This document shows, in pieces, positions 1-8,098 of a stretch of 40,483 nucleotides of DNA (positions are counted from its first letter, which is position 1; each line of letters starts with the position of its first letter). Under the pieces are notes generated by a model. The model saw only the letters and a program-made list of their open reading frames with translations, did no database searches and had not been told where the DNA came from. This stretch comes from a virus (taxonomy: Duplodnaviria > Caudoviricetes), in the IMG/VR virus record IMGVR_UViG_3300036796_000042, positions 1 through 40,483 of that record; one strand, given 5' to 3'. The translations under genes were made by a program, and so were the position numbers.

Positions 1-44
1 GCTATAAGTACCGTGAGATTTTTTGCGGTAGGAATGATGCGAAA

Positions 45-119
45 TGGTGTCCCCTGCAGGAATCGAACCTGCAACTAGCCCTTAGGAGGGGCTCGTTATA
101 TCCATTTAACTAAGAGGAC
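45..119 (-). tRNA. argW: tRNA-Arg (anticodon CCT), with encoded CCA
   Basis: The reverse complement reads GTCCTCTTAGTTAAATGGATATAACGAGCCCCTCCTAAGGGCTAGTTGCAGGTTCGATTCCTGCAGGGGACACCA (75 nt). It folds as a cloverleaf with a GTTCGA T-loop and CCT anticodon. Confidence 0.97.
97..119 (+). repeat. att core, left copy (5' end of the tRNA)
   Basis: TATATCCATTTAACTAAGAGGAC matches 40213..40235 at 22/23 positions. Confidence 0.93.
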
Positions 120-259
120 GTTGAACTAACTGATTTTTAAGTGTTCATCTTGTGTTGCATGTTATCCTATCACTCCACGCACCATCAAGCTTTTCATCTC
201 TTTTATTTCCCATCCTTTCTAATGTTTCCGCTTCGGAAATCACTTCGTTCACTTGCCAT

Positions 260-302
260 TGCGTACAGATTGAGTACAGAATGCTGAAATTCAGTGTGTA
301 CA
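260..302 (+). promoter_or_regulatory. Probable integrase arm-type binding sites (TGNGTACA x3)
   Basis: TGCGTACA 260-267, TGAGTACA 271-278 and TGTGTACA 295-302. The same motif occurs twice near the right att. Confidence 0.65.
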
Positions 303-314
303 GGATATAAAGCC

Positions 315-1484
315 GTGGCCCTCAGTGATACCAAACTTCGCAGCATCAATGCTAAGCCCTATAGCGGCGCACCCGAAGTCACAGATGGTGACGGCCTGAG
401 TGCGCGTGTAACCCCTACCGGAACGATTACGTTTCAGTACCGCTATCGCTGGAACAATAAGCCAGTACGCCTTTCTGTTGGCCGTTACCCTGCAATGTCC
501 TTGAAAGAGGCTCGCGTGATAGTCGGTGAGATGCGCGAATTGTACCTCAAGGGGCTAAACCCTAAAAATTATTTTGCCAAAGAAGATGGCGAATTGACGC
601 TTAAAGAGTGTCTGGATCAGTGGTGGAAGAAGTATGTTGAAACCCTGAAGCCTAATACACAGACGCTGTACAAGTCAGTTGTGTACAACACTATGTACAC
701 CGAATTCCCTGATGCGCCGGTGGTAAACATTCCTGTCTCGGCATGGGTGAGGTTTTTCGATAGGCAGGAATCGAAGAATGCAAAAAAGGCTCGTGTGCTC
801 TTACTTCAACTACGTTCAGTAATGAACTGGTGCATTAATCGTCAACTAATCCCATCATGCGAAGTGCTGAAGCTTAGTGTGAAAACTATCGGCAAAAAAC
901 CTGATGTTGGCGAGCGCGTCTTAACGTACACCGAACTTGCAAAAGTCTGGCTAGCACTTGAGAACAACAAGATCGTCAGTTCTAACAAAGTCCTTCATCA
1001 ATTGTTGTTGCTCTGGGGGGCTAGATTGTCAGAACTGCGCCTGGCTACTGCCAGTGAGTTCAATATGGATGACCTGATCTGGACTGTTCCGTCAGAGCAT
1101 TCAAAGATGGGCAACGTTATTCGTCGGCCAGTGTTCGACCAAGTGAAGCCATATATTGAAAGGCTACTCAATGCAGGGAATGATATTCTTTTTCCAGGCC
1201 AGGAACTGGACAAAGCAATTGACCGTTCGTCAGCAAATCTATATATGAAAAAATTGAGGGGTAAAATTGATATTCCGGAGTGGCGAACGCATGACTTTCG
1301 GCGGTCGCTGGTGACGAATTTGTCAGGGGAGGGAGTTATGCCCCACGTCACCGAAAAGATGCTGGGGCATGAGCTTGGGGGAGTGATGGCTGTGTATAAC
1401 AAACACGATTGGCTGGTGGAGCAGAAAGAGGCGTATGAACTCTATGCCGATAAGATTTTCTGGCATGTTAAACAGATCGGTTGA
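315..1484 (+). CDS. int: Tyrosine recombinase phage integrase
   Basis: N-terminal arm-binding domain (DGDGLSARVTPTG..FQYRYR) and catalytic motifs GARLSE, HDFRR, LGH and VYN. GTG start at 315 follows AGGA (ORF track starts at 294). Adjacent to att. Confidence 0.96.
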   Translation: MALSDTKLRSINAKPYSGAPEVTDGDGLSARVTPTGTITFQYRYRWNNKPVRLSVGRYPAMSLKEARVIVGEMRELYLKGLNPKNYFAKEDGELTLKECLDQWWKKYVETLKPNTQTLYKSVVYNTMYTEFPDAPVVNIPVSAWVRFFDRQESKNAKKARVLLLQLRSVMNWCINRQLIPSCEVLKLSVKTIGKKPDVGERVLTYTELAKVWLALENNKIVSSNKVLHQLLLLWGARLSELRLATASEFNMDDLIWTVPSEHSKMGNVIRRPVFDQVKPYIERLLNAGNDILFPGQELDKAIDRSSANLYMKKLRGKIDIPEWRTHDFRRSLVTNLSGEGVMPHVTEKMLGHELGGVMAVYNKHDWLVEQKEAYELYADKIFWHVKQIG

Positions 1485-1653
1485 CTCCGCCCTCATCTAT
1501 CCACTTCATAACAGCCTTTCGGCTGTATCGGGAAGGGTAGGTAAGAACAGGATCTGGGAAGCCGCGCTCTTTACGTAAACGCCAGACCGCAGTTTTTTTC
1601 TTTTTGAGCAGATCGAAAACTTCCTGCTCTTCCATAAAATCAGTAGTAGTCAT
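1468..1653 (-). CDS. Excisionase / AlpA-like HTH protein
   Basis: 61 aa basic winged-HTH pattern (VWRLRKERGFPDP...VMKWI), convergent with int. Confidence 0.8.
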   Translation of the reverse strand: MTTTDFMEEQEVFDLLKKKKTAVWRLRKERGFPDPVLTYPSRYSRKAVMKWIDEGGVNRSV

Positions 1654-1673
1654 ATATTACCCCATCTATTATT

Positions 1674-2222
1674 TCATTCAGCCGGAATTAGTCGCTGCCA
1701 AATTGCAGAAACATATTTAACCTGGTGTTTTGCGTCAGCCAGCGCGTTATGCATATCACCATCAAAGGGGATTTCATAACGTGGGTTAAATCCGATAGCA
1801 CGGCCCAGTTCGACGATTGTTCTAACATCACGATCCCCCCAGAAAGGCCACAAGCATTCTATTTTGTCTCTCTCGTAGCTTGCCCGAAGAATGACGTTAT
1901 CGAACGTAGCGCCATTTCCCCAGACCTGAATATATTTTGGGTTGGTATTGTTGACGATGAAATTATTCAGCTCTGATAATGCATCGCCAATAGGCATAGA
2001 GTTTGTTTCATCGCAGATCGCTGCGCGTGCTTCGGAGCTTTGCTTCATCCACCAAATTATGGTGTCTGGATCGGGAGTAGCACCCGATTCAATGGAGCTT
2101 TTCAGTTTCACAACAGTATAAAATTCAGGTCCCATTTCACCCGTCGAAGGCTCAAAGAAAACAGCGCCAATGGAGACGATGGGAGCAGTGGGTTTATTCC
2201 CCATTGTTTCAAGGTCGATCAT
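1674..2222 (-). CDS. DEDDh 3'-5' exonuclease
   Basis: IDLET, WGNGATFD and HNALADA motifs. Confidence 0.9.
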   Translation of the reverse strand: MIDLETMGNKPTAPIVSIGAVFFEPSTGEMGPEFYTVVKLKSSIESGATPDPDTIIWWMKQSSEARAAICDETNSMPIGDALSELNNFIVNNTNPKYIQVWGNGATFDNVILRASYERDKIECLWPFWGDRDVRTIVELGRAIGFNPRYEIPFDGDMHNALADAKHQVKYVSAIWQRLIPAE

Positions 2223-2544
2223 TAAGTTCTTCTCTTGGTTTCCTCATTGTGTGGTGCTGCTGCGAGTATGGCGGCGCGGCGTAGAGCATTATTTGTCTGC
2301 GCGGGTCTGCAAACTTACCTGCATCGTTATCAAGTGAAAAAATATAGCCACAACCCATGGTGGTCGCGTCACGTAATTCTTCGTCGTCAGTCCACACCAC
2401 CGGCTTAGCTTCCAGCGATGCCAGTGCTATTTTGAAAATAGTTGCATCAAATTGAGCTTCTTCTACATCCGGATAACTAGCAGCTACCGCAATCCTGTGC
2501 TGTAGTTTTTTGATTAACTGCTCATTGCTCAGGTTTGTTGTCAT
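2209..2544 (-). CDS. Phage accessory protein (Eaa-like)
   Basis: IALASLEAKPV..LYAAP motifs typical of lambdoid ea-region proteins; AGGAGG RBS. Confidence 0.6.
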   Translation of the reverse strand: MTTNLSNEQLIKKLQHRIAVAASYPDVEEAQFDATIFKIALASLEAKPVVWTDDEELRDATTMGCGYIFSLDNDAGKFADPRRQIMLYAAPPYSQQHHTMRKPREELNDRP

Positions 2545-2553
2545 AAAGCCTCC

Positions 2554-2979
2554 TTAGCCCGCCGTGCTTTCAACCGCCGACGGGAAATCTATAGTTTCGT
2601 TGAATCCCGCGCCGATATTCTGGACAGCGGTACACCAATCACTGGATGAGCTGCTGGCCAGCACCCCCATTACCTCTCGTCGAATAGATAAATCTAAATG
2701 TTGATTAAGCGCCTTTAGGTCATCTCGTTCTGTCTGCGTCTGCTCCAGCGCCGCTATCAGCTCAGCATTACGCTTAATTGCTTCGTCGAGTGCAGATTCA
2801 AGATTGCCGATATGTTCAGCGTCACAGCATTCTGCGCAGATAGCTGCCCCTTCATTATCTTGAACAGTAAGCTCGTAACCGGAGCAATGGTCGCAATGGC
2901 GCATAACTGATTCGTTCCAGTCGCGAATTGCTCTTTTGGGTATGCTGATTGGCTTCAGCGCTTCGAGTGAGTTAGTCAT
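2554..2979 (-). CDS. Hypothetical Ead/Ea22-like protein with Cys motifs and coiled coil
   Basis: Start MTNSLEAL at 2979 after GGAGG; CDHC and CAECC motifs; coiled-coil C-terminal half. Confidence 0.65.
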   Translation of the reverse strand: MTNSLEALKPISIPKRAIRDWNESVMRHCDHCSGYELTVQDNEGAAICAECCDAEHIGNLESALDEAIKRNAELIAALEQTQTERDDLKALNQHLDLSIRREVMGVLASSSSSDWCTAVQNIGAGFNETIDFPSAVESTAG

Positions 2980-3341
2980 TGCTGGCCTCCGGTAAAATTC
3001 CAAATTCGCAGCACGGACAGTTGCCAGTGAGCTTTCCTGCGTCGTTATAAATACGGCCTGAAGAGCAGCCATGATTACGACATTTCAGCGCCTTAGCTTT
3101 CTCTGTTGCACGTATAAACGAGATATATCTAAGGGGGTCAAGATGTTCCAGATACCCCTTGTCTAGCAAAGAGCGGACGATCGGCCCGACCTTTACCGGC
3201 ATAATTTTGTCTGCATCCCAATAACCGGTTTTTTTGCCTTCCCATACTTCAATTTCCCAGCCATAAACCACGGCAGTGCTCAGAAGTTTCTTTTCGCGCT
3301 TTGTCAGTGCTTCGAGTGAGTTAGTCATTGCTGGCCTCCGG
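2960..3341 (+). repeat. 33-bp perfect direct repeat at gene junctions (2960-2992 and 3309-3341)
   Basis: GCTTCGAGTGAGTTAGTCATTGCTGGCCTCCGG occurs twice and spans the RBS, start codon and upstream stop. Confidence 0.92.
2972..3328 (-). CDS. Hypothetical protein with C-terminal Cys (Zn-binding) motif
   Basis: Start MTNSLEAL at 3328 after GGAGG; CRNHGC...CPCC. Confidence 0.65.
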   Translation of the reverse strand: MTNSLEALTKREKKLLSTAVVYGWEIEVWEGKKTGYWDADKIMPVKVGPIVRSLLDKGYLEHLDPLRYISFIRATEKAKALKCRNHGCSSGRIYNDAGKLTGNCPCCEFGILPEASND

Positions 3342-3662
3342 CTTATTTGAGGGGTGGCAGTAGTGCTCGCCGTTGGGCCTGCTGCTACGTGTGCCGCAGC
3401 GCGGGCAAGCCGTAGGGGGCATAATTGCTGCCCGACATAAATCCCAGATGCCCTGTGCGTCAAAGCCTCCGTCACACATATCGCTCATCGCGTCCAGTAC
3501 ATGCGCCGGTATATCGTTAGGCACGGTTAGTGATGCCAGTGCGATGTCCAGTGCCTGAAGCTCAAAAACTCCACGCTCTGACATAAATTCTTTGTCTGTT
3601 CCTTTTCCTAGGGCGATATTGTGTTGCAGGAAATTAATCAGCGCCTCTGTGTTATTGCTCAT
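3321..3662 (-). CDS. Hypothetical protein (Eaa-like N-terminal part, CPRCG zinc ribbon)
   Basis: 113-aa ORF with AAGGAG RBS, IALASL motif and CPRCG...HYCH. Confidence 0.65.
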   Translation of the reverse strand: MSNNTEALINFLQHNIALGKGTDKEFMSERGVFELQALDIALASLTVPNDIPAHVLDAMSDMCDGGFDAQGIWDLCRAAIMPPTACPRCGTRSSRPNGEHYCHPSNKPEASND

Positions 3663-3856
3663 ACGGCTGCTCCTTTAGTGGCATCTGCGATAAAACGCGA
3701 TGGCGACCAATCGCAATATGTATCCGTTTCTGTGTGACCGAAAATAGCTTTGCAGCGACGAATGTGAACGCAACCACCGCAGGACTTGCCAGCAGGAAGC
3801 TTCATCTTATCCGGGTCTGCTGGGTCGTAATTCAGCGCTTCGATGCTATTGCTCAT
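3659..3856 (-). CDS. Small Cys-rich hypothetical protein
   Basis: Start MSNSIEAL at 3856 after GAGGAG; CGGC..C..C pattern. Confidence 0.65.
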   Translation of the reverse strand: MSNSIEALNYDPADPDKMKLPAGKSCGGCVHIRRCKAIFGHTETDTYCDWSPSRFIADATKGAAV

Positions 3857-4001
3857 CGCTATACTCCTCGTCATACAAAAGGAACTCACCGCATTCGGGG
3901 CAATAACCATTCTGTGCAGCTACATCAGATTCTGAAGAAATCACCTTGCAGCGCTGGCATGCTACCGCGCCTTTATTCTGTGCCTCGGTGTTATTGCTCA
4001 T
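3846..4001 (-). CDS. Small zinc-ribbon protein (51 aa)
   Basis: Start MSNNTEA at 4001 after GGAGG; CQRC...CPECG. Confidence 0.65.
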   Translation of the reverse strand: MSNNTEAQNKGAVACQRCKVISSESDVAAQNGYCPECGEFLLYDEEYSDEQ

Positions 4002-5061
4002 CGCTGGCCTCCATGGTGAATTTTCCGGCCTTGATTGCAGCAGCCAGCTTCTGCGCTGCGGCCTTTTGCGCAGAAACGCTCGCAATAACAGTTGCCCGTT
4101 CTTTTTCAGTGTTAGCGCACACGCCAGCCCAGGACGAAATCAGGAAGAAATTTTCCAAGTCCATGATTGTGGATTTTGTTGCTAGCTCTTCGATCATCAG
4201 CACCACGCCGCGAACAGGGTGATGCTTTAAAAGCTCCTGTACGGCGAAGCCGAACGCGTTAATCATCACGGCGTGGAATTGGATATAGTCGCGCTTATAT
4301 TCTGCGGGAACGACGCCATTTCGGATGTCGTCAACGGCGGTGATTTTTAACCAGGCCTCCCAGAGGTCGTACACGTCACCATCAGAAAGAGCACCAGCAA
4401 ATTTAGCCGTGGCGTCACTTAAAGCCTTGAAGCTGACCCAGAGACTACTTTTCGCTGGTACCACGTTGTGCTCAAAATCAGTGATGTCAGCAAACACAGC
4501 ATGCTGGGTGAGGAATGAAACCATCCCCTGCGCAGTACTATTACGCCCGTCGTAGGCCATATTGATGGCTGCCGAAGGCTTGGAAACGTTGTTATTGATG
4601 TCAGAGAAGAACTGCTGGCGCGTTTTAAGAGGCAACTGATGAGTCAGCATCAGCGGAACGTGAAGCGACTCAGCCAGATAGTTTCGGCAGAACTCGACGA
4701 TGCCAGCTGCTCTGTGCTGGCCGTCGAACAGCTTAATCTCTGCGTCCATCGGGAAGCGCACCACGCCAACATTCGTATTACCGAACTCATCAAACTCAAT
4801 CTCCGAGTTACAGTTACCAACCAGAGGTGGGATGATGAACGGCTCTTTTTTTTCGTATGCCGTTACCAGATATTCGTAAAACTTCTTTGCGCGCGCCGGG
4901 TTAAGCTCTCGCTGCGAACGCTCAAGAGTGTTGCCATGGTTATCTGATGCCAGAACACGTGACAGCGAGCGCGCTGGCACAGTCATCATCAACACTAGCG
5001 TACCGCCCTGTAATCCGCGAGACGCAGGGAACTCGAAGAAATGATCGCCTACCTTGCTCAT
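3991..5061 (-). CDS. DGQHR-domain (DndB-like) protein
   Basis: QR..N..RA motif, PPLVGN, LFDGQHRAAGI and QQFFSDIN motifs characteristic of the DndB/DGQHR family. Confidence 0.88.
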   Translation of the reverse strand: MSKVGDHFFEFPASRGLQGGTLVLMMTVPARSLSRVLASDNHGNTLERSQRELNPARAKKFYEYLVTAYEKKEPFIIPPLVGNCNSEIEFDEFGNTNVGVVRFPMDAEIKLFDGQHRAAGIVEFCRNYLAESLHVPLMLTHQLPLKTRQQFFSDINNNVSKPSAAINMAYDGRNSTAQGMVSFLTQHAVFADITDFEHNVVPAKSSLWVSFKALSDATAKFAGALSDGDVYDLWEAWLKITAVDDIRNGVVPAEYKRDYIQFHAVMINAFGFAVQELLKHHPVRGVVLMIEELATKSTIMDLENFFLISSWAGVCANTEKERATVIASVSAQKAAAQKLAAAIKAGKFTMEASDEQ

Positions 5062-5086
5062 TGAACCTCCACCTTACTTGTAATGT

Positions 5087-5938
5087 TTATGCCGCGTCTG
5101 AGGTATCACCTTGTGCGCTTTGCTCCTGCCCGTCTTCGGTAGATAGGCTGTTGTGGCGAAACTCCTGGAGGATAGATATAACTTCAGCTCGAATGGCTGG
5201 TGGAACTTCAATTATCAAACCTTCGCCAGTGCTCTCCGCACACGATGCAATAAGCTCCAGAAATTTCCGCGCTTTCCCGGCGTTAAACTGTGGATTGGCA
5301 ATGCTTCTGGTAACTTTTTTCTTCCCCGCAGCTTCCGCTTTTTTCATCAGACGGGAGGCTTCACGATCAGCGTACACACCATGCTCGCGTGATATACCAA
5401 TTGCGATGGCGTAGTTCATTGAACCATCACGTACCAGTTTCTTGATGTATGGGGTGCATTCGTGAAGTTGCAGGTGTTGCAGAATATCGGACTCTGAGCG
5501 CTTAACTTTTGCCGCTATCTCGGAGGGACTCCAACCCTGATTTTGCAGGCGATGATATGCAGCGCCACGTTCAAGTGGAGTCAGCGCCAACCCCTGCGAG
5601 CTGGTGACCATGAACGCGATTTTATCTGCTTCGGTACCAGTGAAATCTTTGCATTCAAGGCGAACAATTTCGTGGCCCATTTCAACAGCAGCCAGCGCAC
5701 CATGATAACGGTGGTGGCCGTCGATAACCTTCACCCCGCGCTCGGTAACTTCCACGGCTAAAGGTGGGATGTATTCTCCGGCAATGAAGGCATCACGGAA
5801 TTCGATAACATGCGCCTGGTTAAGCTCACGAACGTTGTAACCTTCTTCGGCGTAAATTTTATCCAACGGGACGTTATAAGTTTTGCGGGTAGTTAATCCG
5901 GCGTCTTTATCGTTATAGAGCTGGCCTAAGCTGGGCAT
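5087..5938 (-). CDS. ParB/Srx-like N-terminal domain protein with HTH
   Basis: YNVR, IPPLAV and VIDGHHRY ParB motifs, followed by LTPLER and an HTH (GWSPSEIAAKVKRS). Confidence 0.85.
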   Translation of the reverse strand: MPSLGQLYNDKDAGLTTRKTYNVPLDKIYAEEGYNVRELNQAHVIEFRDAFIAGEYIPPLAVEVTERGVKVIDGHHRYHGALAAVEMGHEIVRLECKDFTGTEADKIAFMVTSSQGLALTPLERGAAYHRLQNQGWSPSEIAAKVKRSESDILQHLQLHECTPYIKKLVRDGSMNYAIAIGISREHGVYADREASRLMKKAEAAGKKKVTRSIANPQFNAGKARKFLELIASCAESTGEGLIIEVPPAIRAEVISILQEFRHNSLSTEDGQEQSAQGDTSDAA

Positions 5939-6015
5939 GATGCCTCCTTCAAATAGTGGGGGAGTGCTTTGCTATGCGCCCACAGTGCAGGCGCATAAAA
6001 CAACACACGAAGTGA

Positions 6016-6828
6016 TTAGATTGAACCTTCGTAGATAGGCAGTTCTTCACCGAGTTGGCTTTCCATGTCGGTAACGATCTCCTGGAAAGCGTGTTCAACA
6101 ACTTTCTTAGGTTCAATCAGCTCGTACCAAAGAACCAACTGGCCGTCGCGGAGACGGTAGCGGATGCGGGCATCGATCTGGTACGGTGCGCCGTTGTGGA
6201 AAGGTGCGATGGCGAGGCTGATTTTTTCCGGCATTTTGGTGTTACCAGAACCTGATTTTTCATCGCTGAACTGGAACTGACAGGTACCATCTGAAAGGCG
6301 TTTAACTGATTTGAACTCAGACTTACGGGTTTCCTGGAATGCGAGAACCATTTCCAGCAGTTCAGTGCCTGACGGCCCAGGGTATGAATCACTAACCGGT
6401 GCGACATTCTGAATGTTGTTTTCCAGGAACTCAGCAAAGTTAATCTGGTCCATTTTGCTACCATCAGCCGCAGTCCAGGCTTTCCATTCGTCAGAGAACG
6501 GGCAGTCATAAACGGCTTTATGCGCGGCCCAGCTTGGTTTTTCTGCATCCTGATGGAAGTCGAGTACGGCTACGATTCGCGTTTTGGTCTTATCTGCGAA
6601 AACAACAGTACGAGAATCACGAAAACGTTGAATGTAAGCGATCAGTGAACCGGGGGAGATCAGGTTAGCAGCTTGACGAATACGCGACGGTGCCAACTGG
6701 AGGCTTTCGAGTGACTTGACTTCAAAGCCGTCCGGCACGACAACTGACGGGATATCAGTTTGTGTTTTCAGGTTTGCAGAAACCAGATCACGAATTTCGG
6801 ATACAGCAGAGCCTTCAATTTGAGACAT
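6016..6828 (-). CDS. YfdQ/DUF2303 family phage protein
   Basis: AVLDFH, FAEFLENN and ARIRYRL patterns; typical position in SfV-like prophages. Confidence 0.8.
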   Translation of the reverse strand: MSQIEGSAVSEIRDLVSANLKTQTDIPSVVVPDGFEVKSLESLQLAPSRIRQAANLISPGSLIAYIQRFRDSRTVVFADKTKTRIVAVLDFHQDAEKPSWAAHKAVYDCPFSDEWKAWTAADGSKMDQINFAEFLENNIQNVAPVSDSYPGPSGTELLEMVLAFQETRKSEFKSVKRLSDGTCQFQFSDEKSGSGNTKMPEKISLAIAPFHNGAPYQIDARIRYRLRDGQLVLWYELIEPKKVVEHAFQEIVTDMESQLGEELPIYEGSI

Positions 6829-6871
6829 TGAATATTTCCTTATCAGATTAGAAAAGTTGGTTAGGTTGGTG

Positions 6872-7231
6872 CTACTGGGCCAGCTTGATCGGTGCAGTTT
6901 GAGCAGTTGGTTCGATTACCTTCAAATCAAGCTGTGTTTGTGCAGGATCATCACGCAGTAAGCCGCCGTCGGCGGTGGAGAACATGATGGTATCTGCACG
7001 GTCAAGCTCAGGAATTGTGCGGGATACCTTCGGCGTAACCTTCATGGTGTTTTCGTCTCGCGTGTTAAGCATGGCGCAATTCAGCGTTAGCGTAACAGCG
7101 CCTTTCTTACCTGTTTCACGAACAGCTTTAATCACTTCTGCCAGTGCTTCTGTCAATTCAGCATCGAGAGTGCCTTTATTGATGTAAGCCAACTGCTGGC
7201 TAAACGGTGTGGAATTCTTCGCTTCGGACAT
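6872..7231 (-). CDS. YfdP-like conserved phage protein
   Basis: AVRETGKKGAVTLTL ... LLRDDPAQTQL; paired with the YfdQ-like gene. Confidence 0.75.
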   Translation of the reverse strand: MSEAKNSTPFSQQLAYINKGTLDAELTEALAEVIKAVRETGKKGAVTLTLNCAMLNTRDENTMKVTPKVSRTIPELDRADTIMFSTADGGLLRDDPAQTQLDLKVIEPTAQTAPIKLAQ

Positions 7232-7243
7232 AATTCACTCCAG

Positions 7244-7396
7244 TTAACAACTTGGATCGCCTTTCTGAGTAAGTAGCCTGCATAACCAGCTACGGAGCCA
7301 GATACGAACGATGGTTTTAGGATTGCGAACCGCCTGCACACCACGAGGGACGCGCATCAGGTCGCCGTACTGAAAATTAACGTTACGGAAGGTCAT
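7244..7396 (-). CDS. Small hypothetical protein (50 aa, not in ORF track)
   Basis: Manual translation gives MTFRNVNFQYGDLMRVPRGVQAVRNPKTIVRIWLRSWLCRLLTQKGDPSC*, in operon orientation with GGTG upstream. Confidence 0.55.
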   Translation of the reverse strand: MTFRNVNFQYGDLMRVPRGVQAVRNPKTIVRIWLRSWLCRLLTQKGDPSC

Positions 7397-7415
7397 ATAA
7401 ATCACCAATTGATTA

Positions 7416-7479
7416 GGTATCCGGCAGGAGTTGAACCCGCGCTGGGTTGGGCAGCCCAGCCAACACCGGAAGCGGACAC
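7416..7479 (-). ncRNA. tRNA-like structured element lacking a D-stem
   Basis: Acceptor-like stem GTGTCCG/CGGATAC, GCTGGG/CCCAGC hairpin and T-arm GCGGG-TTCAACT-CCTGC. Confidence 0.55.
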
Positions 7480-7606
7480 ATTGAATAAAAAGGGCGGTTA
7501 CCCATCAGAACATTATCTTCTTCCTCCTGTTATTGGGTTAGTTGAAGACTGGATAACCGCCAAACGCAGCAACTTTCTGAATTATTCTGAGAATGGAGAA
7601 GAAGGT

Positions 7607-7807
7607 TTACGCTGTTACGAGGATGCAATCAGGCGCGTAGCGGGATGTGTAACCATCTTCCCATGTGATCCAAATTTTTCCGTCCGGGCCGGGAGCAATA
7701 ATCGTTATTTTCCTGGGCTTAGGTAGGTGGATGAAATCAATTCGGTCGCCTGCTTTAAGGTGTCGTACTTCAACCTCTTTGCTTTGTGTGTTGCGGTAAT
7801 TATTCAT
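7607..7807 (-). CDS. Hypothetical protein (small beta-rich)
   Basis: 66-aa ORF in early-left operon orientation. Confidence 0.6.
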   Translation of the reverse strand: MNNYRNTQSKEVEVRHLKAGDRIDFIHLPKPRKITIIAPGPDGKIWITWEDGYTSRYAPDCILVTA

Positions 7808-7816
7808 ATTAATTTC

Positions 7817-8098
7817 TCACTCACCGGCGGTTAGCTGCTCCCGCACTTCGCGGGAAATTTTACGGGCTTCTTTTTCACAACGTTCAAGTAGCTTTTCGGC
7901 CGCCTTTAGCTGATTAACTATATCAACGAGCGCCCCTAAATCTCCTGCTACGCCTACACCACCCGCCAGCATGGTTTCCCGGATGTGTTCGATATCCCCT
8001 CCGAGAGATGCTGTCATTTCACGGGCCTTAAGGGACAGTTCCGAAACTCCGCTTGCGTTTGCGTAGCGAACGGCGAGTTTTAAATGTTTGCTGGCCAT
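7817..8098 (-). CDS. Hypothetical protein, first gene downstream of pL
   Basis: Start MASKHLK at 8098 after AGGAG (ORF track extends to 8176); helical. Confidence 0.6.
   Translation of the reverse strand: MASKHLKLAVRYANASGVSELSLKAREMTASLGGDIEHIRETMLAGGVGVAGDLGALVDIVNQLKAAEKLLERCEKEARKISREVREQLTAGE

Noticed and set aside
2960-4012. CRISPR array or integron cassette array
   Set aside because: There are only two exact repeats, they are coding and irregularly spaced, and there are no cas genes or attC-like palindromes.
3991-5061. Complete Dnd phosphorothioation system
   Set aside because: No dndA/C/D/E or dndFGH-like ORFs are in the window, only the DGQHR protein.
7416-7479. Functional decoding tRNA
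   Set aside because: No D-stem, an 8-nt loop instead of a 7-nt anticodon loop, and no CCA. Kept only as a tRNA-like element.
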